Positions 28,501 to 37,721 of a stretch of DNA of 64,000 nucleotides are shown piece by piece. Source of the stretch: Spirochaetia bacterium (GTDB lineage Bacteria > Spirochaetota > Spirochaetia > DSM-2461); NCBI GenBank assembly GCA_963668315.1, contig OY764216.1, forward strand, positions 5,344,001 to 5,408,000, given 5' to 3'. The position numbers were made by a program, and so were the translations under genes. The notes beneath the pieces were generated by a model. The model had not been told where the DNA came from. It worked only from the letters and a program-made list of their open reading frames with translations, and ran no database searches. How positions within the stretch are numbered: the first letter of the stretch is position 1; each line of letters begins with the position of its first letter.

Positions 28501-28538
28501 CTGTTTTTATTTCCCATAATATATAACAGGAAGACCAT

Positions 28539-29681
28539 ATGAAAATTGTTATAGCATCCGATTCTTATAAGGGCTCAAATACGAGCATGAAAGTTGCCGA
28601 AGCCATCGAGCGGGGTCTGAAAAAAGTCACAGCCGATCTGGACGTGGTTAAGATTCCTGTGGCTGACGGCGGAGAAGGTCTGGTACAGGCTCTTGTCCCC
28701 GACGAAAAGAGATGGGTTTACAGGACGGTTACCGGTCCCATGGGACAACCGGTGAATGCCTTCTATGGACTTCTCGACGACTCCGTGGCTGTTCTGGAAA
28801 TGGCAAGCGCGTCAGGGCTTCCCCTGGTGGAGGGGAACAAAGACCCCCGGCTGGCAACAACCTTCGGAACCGGAGAACTTATCAGAGATGCCGTAGAGAG
28901 AGGCTGCACCACCCTCTATATCGGAATAGGCGGCAGTGCCACCAACGACGGGGGAACCGGTATGGCCCGGGCCCTGGGGGCCCGCTTTCTTGATTCCGGG
29001 GGCGAAGAGATTGAAGCGGCAGGGGGAAATCTTGACAGGATTGAAACGGTAGATCTCTCCGGAATGCTTCCGGGCCTTAAGAATGTAACAATTGAAGTGG
29101 CTTGCGATGTGGATAACCCCCTCTGCGGGGAACAGGGAGCCAGCGCCGTTTACGGGCCTCAGAAAGGAGCGACACCCGAAATGGTGAAACTCCTGGATAA
29201 CAATCTGGCCCATCTGGCAGATGTCATGACAAAAACCTGCGGCAGGGAATTATCCGAAATACCCGGCGCCGGAGCTGCAGGGGGACTGGGTTTCGGTCTT
29301 ATGGCGTTCTGCGGAGCTCAGTTGAAATCGGGGATAGACCTTGTACTGGACAGTCTGCAATTCGACCGGGCCCTCGAAGGGGCATCCCTTGTCATAACGG
29401 GAGAAGGCAAGATAGACGGGCAGTCGGTCCGCGGAAAAGTTCCCGTGGGAATTGCCGCCCGGGCAAAGAAAAAAGGACTTCCCGTTCTGGCTATATGCGG
29501 GGATATCGGTCCGGGCGTGGAAGTCCTTTATGATTACGGAATCGACTCAATCATGAGCACCGTCAACCGGGCGATGCCCCTGGATGAGGCCATGAACCGT
29601 TCAGCGGAGCTTCTCGAGGAAGGAGCCGAACGGGCTTTCCGGATGATTATGATAGGAAGGAATTTCCCAGGGAGTAACTAA
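28539..29681 (+). CDS. garK: Glycerate kinase (class I, GarK/GlxK)
   Basis: IVIASDSYKGS, PVADGGEG, GIGGSATNDGG, YGPQKGA, ITGEGKIDGQS. Confidence 0.95.
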   Translation: MKIVIASDSYKGSNTSMKVAEAIERGLKKVTADLDVVKIPVADGGEGLVQALVPDEKRWVYRTVTGPMGQPVNAFYGLLDDSVAVLEMASASGLPLVEGNKDPRLATTFGTGELIRDAVERGCTTLYIGIGGSATNDGGTGMARALGARFLDSGGEEIEAAGGNLDRIETVDLSGMLPGLKNVTIEVACDVDNPLCGEQGASAVYGPQKGATPEMVKLLDNNLAHLADVMTKTCGRELSEIPGAGAAGGLGFGLMAFCGAQLKSGIDLVLDSLQFDRALEGASLVITGEGKIDGQSVRGKVPVGIAARAKKKGLPVLAICGDIGPGVEVLYDYGIDSIMSTVNRAMPLDEAMNRSAELLEEGAERAFRMIMIGRNFPGSN

Positions 29682-30381
29682 CGGCCGCCCTGCAGTGAAG
29701 AGCTGTCGTATTGAACATGGGCAGACCGGGAATATCCTCTTCACGGAGCAGCAGGAAGATTTCAGTGCAGCCCAGAATGACTCCTTCCGCGGATTGTTCC
29801 TTGACCAGTCTGTCAACAATCTCCACATACCTTTGTCTTGAACTTTCCCTGATGCCGAATTTGACCAATTCATCGAATATGATGCGGTCAATCTCTTCCT
29901 GCTCCTCCAGAGAGGGGACGATGATTTCGAGATCAAACATTTTCTCGTAGCGTTCTTTCAAATAGGAGAGCTGCATAACCGGCATAGTCCCAAGAAGGAT
30001 GACTTTCGATAAGCCGCGGCTCCTGATCTCCCTTCCTGTAGGGTCGGCTATATGGATATAGGGAACATTCTTATCATTCATTATGGATTCCAGAGGCTTA
30101 TGCAATGTGTTTGAAACGCATAGGATAACATCGGCCCCGCCGGCGATCAGCTTATCGATGTGTTTCTCCATATACTCCGTGAGCCCGGGCCAGTCATCAT
30201 TTCTGACATAGGCTTCGACATTCCCGAAATTCATTCCTGAAATCAATGTTTCCGCAATTTCCCATCCGCCCAGACGGGAATTGACTTCTCCATTCAGCAT
30301 TTTGTAGTATTCTCCCGTGGCGACATTGCTGCAGCCTCCCAGAAGTCCGATGGTCCTTTGCATCAGGGGACGTTCTATCAT
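29647..30381 (-). CDS. Asp/Glu racemase family (YgeA/RacX-like) amino-acid racemase
   Basis: TIGLLGG, SNTLH, HIADPT, LLGT, IFDEL, VILGCTEI. Confidence 0.88.
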   Translation of the reverse strand: MIERPLMQRTIGLLGGCSNVATGEYYKMLNGEVNSRLGGWEIAETLISGMNFGNVEAYVRNDDWPGLTEYMEKHIDKLIAGGADVILCVSNTLHKPLESIMNDKNVPYIHIADPTGREIRSRGLSKVILLGTMPVMQLSYLKERYEKMFDLEIIVPSLEEQEEIDRIIFDELVKFGIRESSRQRYVEIVDRLVKEQSAEGVILGCTEIFLLLREEDIPGLPMFNTTALHCRAAVSYSLGNSFLS

Positions 30382-30448
30382 CTCATACTCCTTTCAAATT
30401 GATAATCGAGGGAGATTCTACAGGACCGGACAGATCCCGTATTGAACG

Positions 30449-31225
30449 TTATTGATATTTCCTGATGACTCCTGGATTGATGCCGAATGCCCGCTTCATC
30501 CATCGGGTCATGTGGCTCTGATCTGAAAATCCGGCGGCGACCGCCGCATCTGACAAAGGGGAACCTGTTGATATCAGCGTCTTTGCCCTCTGAATTCGCC
30601 CCGCGATGAGCAGTTGAAAAGGGGAAATTCCATAGACATCTTTAAATGAGCGGGAGAGGTGTTCAGGGCTTACTCCGGCCAGAGAGGATAACTCGTCCAG
30701 AGTCAGAGGACGCGAAGGGTCATCCATAATCCGTTCATAGGCTCTGACCAGGTAAGGGGGAATTTCCAGGCCGAATCCGGGATTATCGGGTATTTCCTGG
30801 AGCAGTTCGATAAGCCATTCGCCGAATGCCAGTTCCGCCGCAGATCCCCCATCGAAAACCTGAAACAGCTTGCGGATAAAGCCTGTCCGGCCGGATAATT
30901 GGGAAAAATCCGATATTCTGGAGAAAATGGCTTCTTCCTCGACCCCTGTAGCCAGGGAGAACTGAGCAGAATCCATATACAGAGACAGATAATTCCAGCC
31001 AAGCCCGTCAAATGTCTTGGCGCTGTGTACCGTACCCGGCGATATAATCAGCAAATCACTGGTTTGGGCAACTCCCCGGTAACGGCCGCACTGGTAATTC
31101 TTCGCTCCGTCACGATAGACCGCGATGACATACTCTTCATGCCAGTGGGGGGCATATTGGTATGTTTCGACGATACTGTCCAATACGCTGATTCCCCCGT
31201 ACAGCGGTAAGCTTTTCAGTTCCAT
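30449..31225 (-). CDS. AraC-family transcriptional regulator
   Basis: Cupin PHWHEEY...PGTVH; HLSRSFK, GFSDQSHMTRWMKR. Confidence 0.93.
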   Translation of the reverse strand: MELKSLPLYGGISVLDSIVETYQYAPHWHEEYVIAVYRDGAKNYQCGRYRGVAQTSDLLIISPGTVHSAKTFDGLGWNYLSLYMDSAQFSLATGVEEEAIFSRISDFSQLSGRTGFIRKLFQVFDGGSAAELAFGEWLIELLQEIPDNPGFGLEIPPYLVRAYERIMDDPSRPLTLDELSSLAGVSPEHLSRSFKDVYGISPFQLLIAGRIQRAKTLISTGSPLSDAAVAAGFSDQSHMTRWMKRAFGINPGVIRKYQ

Positions 31226-31269
31226 GATTCCCGTCCTTCGTCCTGTATCATAAGCCCTAAGAAGCTGTT

Positions 31270-31824
31270 TTAATCATGACGCGGTAGAAGAAGGGATTTT
31301 GTATTTTTATCCGGATTCTTCCTGACGAGATGAATAATAGATTCTTCCAATCCTGAGACTATCGCCGAAAGAGCCATGATGGAGATAATCACCGGCTTCC
31401 CTGTTATAACAATCGCGACCATCCCGGTAAAAACAATTATCCCGGTCAGTTTATTCAACAGGGTATGGATGAAAGCTATTTTCCTGTTTTTAACCAGAGA
31501 TATGACAATAGGAAGGCACTTCACAATCACCGCGACTGAAATTATATACCCATGGGACGAAATGACGGCCGTCCTGCAAAGGAGTAGATAAACCAGTAAT
31601 GAGATATAGAATACCAAATCACCAAGAGAGTCCAGCAGAGCTCCCGATTCACTTTCCCAATGATATCTGCGCGCAACGTAACCGTCCAGTATATCCGATG
31701 CGCCGATAAACAAAGTTAATAATAAAAAAAGGATAAGATTCTGGCCGATAAGTAAGTACAGAAGGCATGAGAACATACGCATAATCGAAATGAGGTTGGG
31801 AATCCCGCTGTATTTATTGTTCAT
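31270..31824 (-). CDS. CDP-alcohol phosphatidyltransferase family protein
   Basis: IPNLISIMR; SDILDGYVARR...GALLDSLGD; HTLLNK. Confidence 0.88.
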   Translation of the reverse strand: MNNKYSGIPNLISIMRMFSCLLYLLIGQNLILFLLLTLFIGASDILDGYVARRYHWESESGALLDSLGDLVFYISLLVYLLLCRTAVISSHGYIISVAVIVKCLPIVISLVKNRKIAFIHTLLNKLTGIIVFTGMVAIVITGKPVIISIMALSAIVSGLEESIIHLVRKNPDKNTKSLLLPRHD

Positions 31825-31902
31825 CGGGATGAGGAAGAACGATCCGGTCCCGGCAGCCTGGATTCTCCTCCGGACAGCCAATATTAATCACTGATATTTT
31901 CC

Positions 31903-33405
31903 CTATTTAGCCAGATAGGGAATAGAATCGATTTCACCTTCCCTATCCTTGGCCAGCTGCTTCCAAAGAGCTTTCCGCTTCTCCCCTTCGACTCTTTTTT
32001 TGACTTCCATCTGAAACATGTCGTATACCCTTGAAGATCTCTTAGAGGTCTCAAACTGCCGGATTTCCTCCATGCCGAAGAGTTTATCCATGTTTTTATC
32101 ACAATAGCTCTTCAATTCCTTCTCATAGATTTCCAGGAGACGGCCGTATCCATTAATCACGGTTTCCAGATAAAGAAGAACAGCATGATCATAACCTTCA
32201 ATCGTCATGAGAATCTCTGCCAGTTCCCTGAGGTCCTCCAGGGCATAGAGATAATTATTCTCAAGGAGAAAACTGCGGGCTATTTTCTCCATTATGATAA
32301 TCACAGTTTCATTTGATATGGAAAGCAGTCCCTTCTTTGCCTCTGGAAGCACGATTTCGAAGGGGGGAATGGCCTTTGCAACGGCGATAATCAGTTCGGA
32401 AAGAGCCGCAAAAATCTGCTCTGACCAGCTGTGCCTCCCCAGGGTGTCGATGATCTTTTCAAGGGATTTCTGATACGAAGCTCTGTACATCTGCCCGGGC
32501 TCAATCACAACTTCGGCAAGACGAAGCTCCACCCCCTTGAATCCCACGGGGCCTAGATCCAGAAAGACAAAACTATCTTCGGGAATGGGAGACCGGGACC
32601 GGCCGGCTAAATCCTTCCCGTACCCGAAAACAACCTGATTGGTGGTTAGGATATGGCTTCTGTCATTGGCGATTTTGTTCGCCCGTCCCTGCAGCCTGGC
32701 GGCCGTGTTCACAACCGAACCGGAGAGGTCTCCCGTGGCAGTAATGACCAGGGCTGAGTACTTCTTCCCCCCCGCGATTCCGGCGGAGATGGTGAGCTTT
32801 GGGAGCTTCAGCCCCTGCCCGTTCCTCTTTTTCACGATTTCGGTATTCTTGGTGATCTTTCTTTCCCCGAAGTAGTCGGCGATCATGATAACCGAGTTAA
32901 GCACATCGTAGGCAGATGTTCCCACAAGTATGATTTCGTCCCCCCGGGCCCGGTGTCCTATGACCTGGTTCTGGCGGCAGATCTGACGGATATCGTTTTC
33001 AATGCAGTTATCCAGAAGCTGGAGCATGGAGATATGGTTGCCATGGGTCTGGCAGAATGCCGTATATCCGTGGATATCAATAAAAGCGGTATAGATATCA
33101 GTGATGGTCATACTTCGCTTCAACTCCCCCACTCCGGGATATTTGCCGTGGGGAAGAGTCAGCTGCTTCCAGAGGAGAGGATAGTTCTGGCTGTCCAGAT
33201 CACCGAAAAATCCCCAATGCATCTCCTTGAGAAGCCTGAAGGCGCTTTCGAAGGTATATTGCTTAACCTTACCTTCGGGCACCCGGGACAAATAGGTCTC
33301 CAGCTCACTGATCATGGTGATCTTTCTATTGATAATACACCAGTAGATATGGGTGAATAATTCATAGGGATTGGTTTTTTCAGTATAATCTTTTATATCG
33401 CGCAT
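31903..33405 (-). CDS. Class III adenylate/guanylate cyclase-like domain protein
   Basis: FIDIHGYT, RGDEI, ISAGI, DLSGSVVNTAARLQ, GFKG. Confidence 0.72.
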   Translation of the reverse strand: MRDIKDYTEKTNPYELFTHIYWCIINRKITMISELETYLSRVPEGKVKQYTFESAFRLLKEMHWGFFGDLDSQNYPLLWKQLTLPHGKYPGVGELKRSMTITDIYTAFIDIHGYTAFCQTHGNHISMLQLLDNCIENDIRQICRQNQVIGHRARGDEIILVGTSAYDVLNSVIMIADYFGERKITKNTEIVKKRNGQGLKLPKLTISAGIAGGKKYSALVITATGDLSGSVVNTAARLQGRANKIANDRSHILTTNQVVFGYGKDLAGRSRSPIPEDSFVFLDLGPVGFKGVELRLAEVVIEPGQMYRASYQKSLEKIIDTLGRHSWSEQIFAALSELIIAVAKAIPPFEIVLPEAKKGLLSISNETVIIIMEKIARSFLLENNYLYALEDLRELAEILMTIEGYDHAVLLYLETVINGYGRLLEIYEKELKSYCDKNMDKLFGMEEIRQFETSKRSSRVYDMFQMEVKKRVEGEKRKALWKQLAKDREGEIDSIPYLAK

Positions 33406-33589
33406 CTTCGTTTATTATAGGGAGCAATTGATGTAATAGCAATATAATCTCATGGCTTATCATTCTATATTTTTCAGGAAGCACAGGGGGAAAAAAAGTT
33501 CCCCCCCGCTGCCGGGCCATCTCCCGCAGGTACCAGCGTAAACGCACTGTGTTTTTTTACATAAACGGAACTTTTTCATAGGATTCCCT

Positions 33590-33618
33590 TTGACAGAAAA
33601 TATAACTTTTCCTATCAT
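33590..33618 (+). promoter_or_regulatory. sigma70-type promoter of the GH120 gene
   Basis: TTGACA-17bp-TATCAT. Confidence 0.75.
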
Positions 33619-33758
33619 TCATCAGAGTCGTTTGATGCCCTTGCCGGGAAGCTTGTTCCGGCGATGAAAAGGAGTGCGTCAGAACTCATTACCGCTACAT
33701 AAATTAATACTGAAGAATGATGCCATGAGTCTTATCATCCTCATTCCTGGAGGTTCAC

Positions 33759-35741
33759 ATGAAATATTACGTTAATGCAAACGCCGCGAAAGACGGCAGC
33801 GGTTCCAGCGAAAGCCCGTTCAAAAGAATCAGCGAGGCCGCGAAACTGGCTCTTCCCGGCGATGAAGTCCTGGTCGCCCCGGGGATCTACCGGGAATATG
33901 TCGATCCGGTCCACGGCGGTACGGAGGAGGCCCCCGTCACCTATACGAGCACGACGCCTCTCGGGGCCGTGATTACCGGGGCGGAGCAGGTGAAATCATG
34001 GCAGCCTTACAGGGATAACGTCTGGGTCTGCCGGATTGCCAACAGCCTGTTCGGAGATTACAACCCCTACGCCACATTGGTCTACGGGGACTGGTATTTC
34101 GCCGCCCCCAACAAACACACCGGCTGTGTCTATCTGAACGACAGGGCCCTGTACGAAACGGTAACTCTGGAGGAATGCCTCAAAGGCGAGATTTATGAAT
34201 GCAGCTGGGTGCCGGAGGAATCGGTGTACAAGTGGTATACCGAGCAGGATGAAAATGCGGATGAAACGATCATCTACGCCAATTTCCAGGGGCAGAACCC
34301 GAATAAGGAGAACGTGGAGATCAATGTCCGCCGGCGATGTTTCATGCCTTCCGTAACGGGCATCGGTTACCATATCGTCAGGGGATTCAACATCAACAAG
34401 GCGGCCACCAACTGGGCTCCCCCTGCGGCCTTTCAGGACGGCATGATCGGGCCCCACTGGAGCAAGGGGTGGATCATTGAGGATTGCGAGATTTCCAACA
34501 GCCGCTGCGCCGGCATCTCCCTGGGAAAATACCTTGACCCGGAGAACGAGCATTATTTCACCTATAAGCAGGTGAAGAGCCCGACCCAGATGGAAAGGGA
34601 CGCGGTCTGCCGGGGGCAGTATCACGGCTGGATGAAAGAGACCGTCGGAAGCCATACGGTCCGCCGCTGCAACATCCACCACTGCGAGCAGGGGGGAATC
34701 ATCGGACGCATGGGCGCCGTCTTCAGTGTTATCGAGGACAACCATATACACCATATCAACAATATGATGGAACTGGGAGGTGCGGAAATCGCCGGCATCA
34801 AGATCCATGCCGCCATCGACGTGCTCTTCCGGCGCAACCATATCCATCACTGCACCATGGGCATCTGGTGCGACTGGGAAGCGCAGGGGACGCGCATTAC
34901 CCGGAATCTTCTCCATGACAACCAGAGACCGCCTTTCGCCAAAAACCTTCCGGGAAGCATGATGTCCATGGACCTGTTCGTGGAAGTCAGCCACGGCCCG
35001 ACCCTGATCGACAACAATGTCCTTCTCTCCGACGTGAGTCTCCGTTTCGCGACTCAGGGGGTAGCGATGGTCCATAACCTTATCTGCGGGGCGTATACCG
35101 CCGTGGGAGAGGGAACCACCTGGCGGTACACGCCCTACCATATCCCCCACCGTACGGAAGTCATGGGCTTTATGACCTTTCTTCACGGGGATGACCGCTT
35201 CTACAACAATATCTTTGTTCAGAAAGGACCTTCCGAGGATTACGTGACCTATAATGATCAGGATTCCAGTGAAATGCGGGAGAACAGGCTCGTGGGGACC
35301 TGCGTTTTCGACGAATACCCCACCTATGAGGAATGGGCGGGGCAGTTCGATTTTACAAAGCGTCCGAACATGCAGGCCCTGGAGCCGGCCCATTTCGGCC
35401 ATCTGCCCGTATGGAGCGAAGGCAATGCCTACCTGAACGGGGCCAGGGCGTGGAAGAAGGAAACGGATGGTCTTGAAAGTAATGACGGCAAAGTCAAAGT
35501 GGAGCTGGTGGAAAAGGACGGTCAGTATTATCTGGATACCAATGTCTACGATTACCTCAAGGACTTCAAGGGCCGGATGATCCATACCGGAACTCTCGGT
35601 AAGGCTTTCGAACCGGAACAGAAGTTTGAGAATACCGACGGCACGGCGATACGCTTTGACGCGGACTACTTCGGCAGCCATCGCGGCGTGGATGTTATTC
35701 CCGGGCCCTTTGCATCTCCCTCCGGCAGGATCAAGCTGTAA
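33759..35741 (+). CDS. Glycoside hydrolase family 120 (beta-xylosidase-like, parallel beta-helix)
   Basis: GGAGG RBS; PGDEVLVAPGIYRE, WAPP, GPHWSKGWIIE, EIAGIKIHAAID, GIWCDW, EVSHGP, GDDRFYNN. Confidence 0.88.
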   Translation: MKYYVNANAAKDGSGSSESPFKRISEAAKLALPGDEVLVAPGIYREYVDPVHGGTEEAPVTYTSTTPLGAVITGAEQVKSWQPYRDNVWVCRIANSLFGDYNPYATLVYGDWYFAAPNKHTGCVYLNDRALYETVTLEECLKGEIYECSWVPEESVYKWYTEQDENADETIIYANFQGQNPNKENVEINVRRRCFMPSVTGIGYHIVRGFNINKAATNWAPPAAFQDGMIGPHWSKGWIIEDCEISNSRCAGISLGKYLDPENEHYFTYKQVKSPTQMERDAVCRGQYHGWMKETVGSHTVRRCNIHHCEQGGIIGRMGAVFSVIEDNHIHHINNMMELGGAEIAGIKIHAAIDVLFRRNHIHHCTMGIWCDWEAQGTRITRNLLHDNQRPPFAKNLPGSMMSMDLFVEVSHGPTLIDNNVLLSDVSLRFATQGVAMVHNLICGAYTAVGEGTTWRYTPYHIPHRTEVMGFMTFLHGDDRFYNNIFVQKGPSEDYVTYNDQDSSEMRENRLVGTCVFDEYPTYEEWAGQFDFTKRPNMQALEPAHFGHLPVWSEGNAYLNGARAWKKETDGLESNDGKVKVELVEKDGQYYLDTNVYDYLKDFKGRMIHTGTLGKAFEPEQKFENTDGTAIRFDADYFGSHRGVDVIPGPFASPSGRIKL

Positions 35742-35753
35742 TTCTCGATGAAC

Positions 35754-35779
35754 GCATCGGGGATATTTTTCCCCGGTGC
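35754..35779 (+). terminator. Hairpin after the GH120 stop
   Basis: GCATCGGGGA/TCCCCGGTGC 10-bp stem; no strong U tract. Confidence 0.45.
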
Positions 35780-35825
35780 ATCATGAATTAATGGTTATTG
35801 ACAAATAAACGTGTATATTACTTCC

Positions 35826-36680
35826 ATGAAGCAAAATACCCTGTTATGCCTGGGGATTCTTCTCTTTTTCTCCGGATGCAGTCTCCTCTCTCAGCAGGAG
35901 ACCTATGCTCCCGTCCAGGAAGGATGAATCTCTCTGGAAGGGGGAGCTCACACCTACAAACTCTTTCTTCCCGATGATTTTGATGAAGATGAGAATTTCA
36001 TGAACCTCTATCCCCTTGTGATCGGCTTGCACGGCAGGACTTCCCTGACAAACCATTACTATGTGGTAAACGAGGTGAAAGATGCCTACCCCTGTATCTA
36101 TTTTGCCCCGAATAACAGCAATTTAAGTTTCGGAGGAGACCTCGACGGAGCCGATAATTCCGCATGGATACGCGGGGAACTTCAATCGATTATCGAGAAT
36201 AAAAACTACAAGATAGACAGGAACCGCATCTATATCATCGGCTTTTCCATGGGCGGAATGGGAACGACCCAGATGGCCCAGGATCTCTATACCGAGTACG
36301 GATACCGCACTGCCGCCATTGTTCCCATTGACGGGGGATACTTTCAATACATCAAATCCCCCCAAGTCCTCGACAGTCTTAGCTGCTGGTTCCACCAGAT
36401 GGCCTACAATCAGGAATCGGATTACCAATGCGCCAAAAATTACTATCCGGCTACCCTGGAAACCGAAACCACGGGCCATATTACCTACTCCAACAGCTGG
36501 GATCCCGAAACGGTGTACTCCTATGACACCACGACTTACACCCTGACTCAGGCTAAAACCGAAATCTTCAAACTAACCGATTACCACACGTCCAGCCACA
36601 CCGCCGGACCGGTATTTAAAAATCCGGAAGTAATAGAGTGGCTCTTTGACCAGAGTCTTGAGAAAAGGGACATCTACTGA
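35826..36680 (+). pseudogene. Alpha/beta-hydrolase (esterase/peptidase-like) lipoprotein with in-frame TGA at 35925-35927
   Basis: MKQNTLLCLGILLFFSGC lipobox in frame with YKLFLP...YPLVIGLHG, IDRNRIYIIGFSMGG; single TGA at codon 34. Confidence 0.78.
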
Positions 36681-36695
36681 AATGACTCGGGCCTC

Positions 36696-37325
36696 TTATA
36701 GTTTGTATATAAAATAAATGCTCACGGGAAACCAGTTCCTGCCACTTCTGTCGCTGGTCGTTGTTGTATAAAAATCCAGATTAGAGACGGTTTCTTTGAT
36801 TCCCTCCGCTTCCTGATACCGGATATCGTATAGGAATCCCGCGGCCACCGCAGAAAGACGGAACAGAAAATCCTCTTTGAGACTCACATCGAGAAAAAGA
36901 GGAATTTCCAGGGCAATAAGGCCCTCAAAATAGTGGTCATAATCCAGAGCGGGAGTCCTCTGAGGTTTTAGATAGCCCTCGAAACGCACTCTGCCTCCTA
37001 TTCCGGAGGCGATGATATCCTTTCTTACTATGGGGAGATTCACTCCGCCGCCCCATCCGAAAAAGGTCTGCTTGATTTCGCTGACACCGTTGGATGTGCT
37101 GGAGAAACCAATGAACAGATCCCCTTCATATTCCCGGGAGTCATCGGGGAAATAGTGAAAACTTCCCCCGAACTTCATGGCATTGTCCCTTATCTCAGTC
37201 TTTGACGTTCCGTCATCGCTGATATCCGATTCACAGTAGATCTGAATATTCAGTCCGATACCCTTATCCTGCGAGAAGATTTCCAGAGAGCATAAAATCA
37301 GCACCATCAAAAAGAGCTTTTTCAT
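36696..37325 (-). CDS. Hypothetical exported protein, probable outer-membrane beta-barrel
   Basis: Signal peptide MKKLFLMVLILCSLEIFS; alternating hydrophobic strands; ends SIYFIYKL. Confidence 0.6.
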   Translation of the reverse strand: MKKLFLMVLILCSLEIFSQDKGIGLNIQIYCESDISDDGTSKTEIRDNAMKFGGSFHYFPDDSREYEGDLFIGFSSTSNGVSEIKQTFFGWGGGVNLPIVRKDIIASGIGGRVRFEGYLKPQRTPALDYDHYFEGLIALEIPLFLDVSLKEDFLFRLSAVAAGFLYDIRYQEAEGIKETVSNLDFYTTTTSDRSGRNWFPVSIYFIYKL

Positions 37326-37466
37326 AAACATATGTTATTTTATTTTTTCACCACCCGTCAAGTATATGCCTCCGGAGCTCTTCCTGCGGGGGAGCCCATA
37401 GCGTACGATCAAATTCGCGCATGAGGCGCCGATGTATTATAATAGTAATAGGTATGGGGCTGTAAA

Positions 37467-37721
37467 ATGAAGATTTATGCCGAGGTCACATACTTGGAAG
37501 ACTCCTCTGTCGTATTCAAACCGGTCTTTATAGAAGACGATGAAGAGTGGAAGACCTATGCCCGGTTCGACAGATTTCTCAATCAGATCAAAGACCACTG
37601 CGAATTGCTGGATGTATTCGGCCCGGAAAAAGTGACTCTTCAGAACGAAATGATTCTTCTGGAAAGGGCGGAAGCTCTCAGCCGGGCCTTTGAAGGTAAG
37701 GACACGTTGCTATTCAGATGA
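37467..37721 (+). CDS. Small acidic hypothetical protein
   Basis: 84-aa ORF with plausible upstream TATAAT/GGGG; fills the gap between its neighbours. Confidence 0.55.
   Translation: MKIYAEVTYLEDSSVVFKPVFIEDDEEWKTYARFDRFLNQIKDHCELLDVFGPEKVTLQNEMILLERAEALSRAFEGKDTLLFR

Noticed and set aside
16391..33500. attR duplicate of the tRNA-Leu 3' end
   Set aside because: I could not find a copy by eye, so no island end is called
35925..35960. Selenocysteine codon with SECIS
   Set aside because: Non-catalytic position in a serine hydrolase, weak downstream hairpin, and no sel genes in view; a nonsense change is simpler
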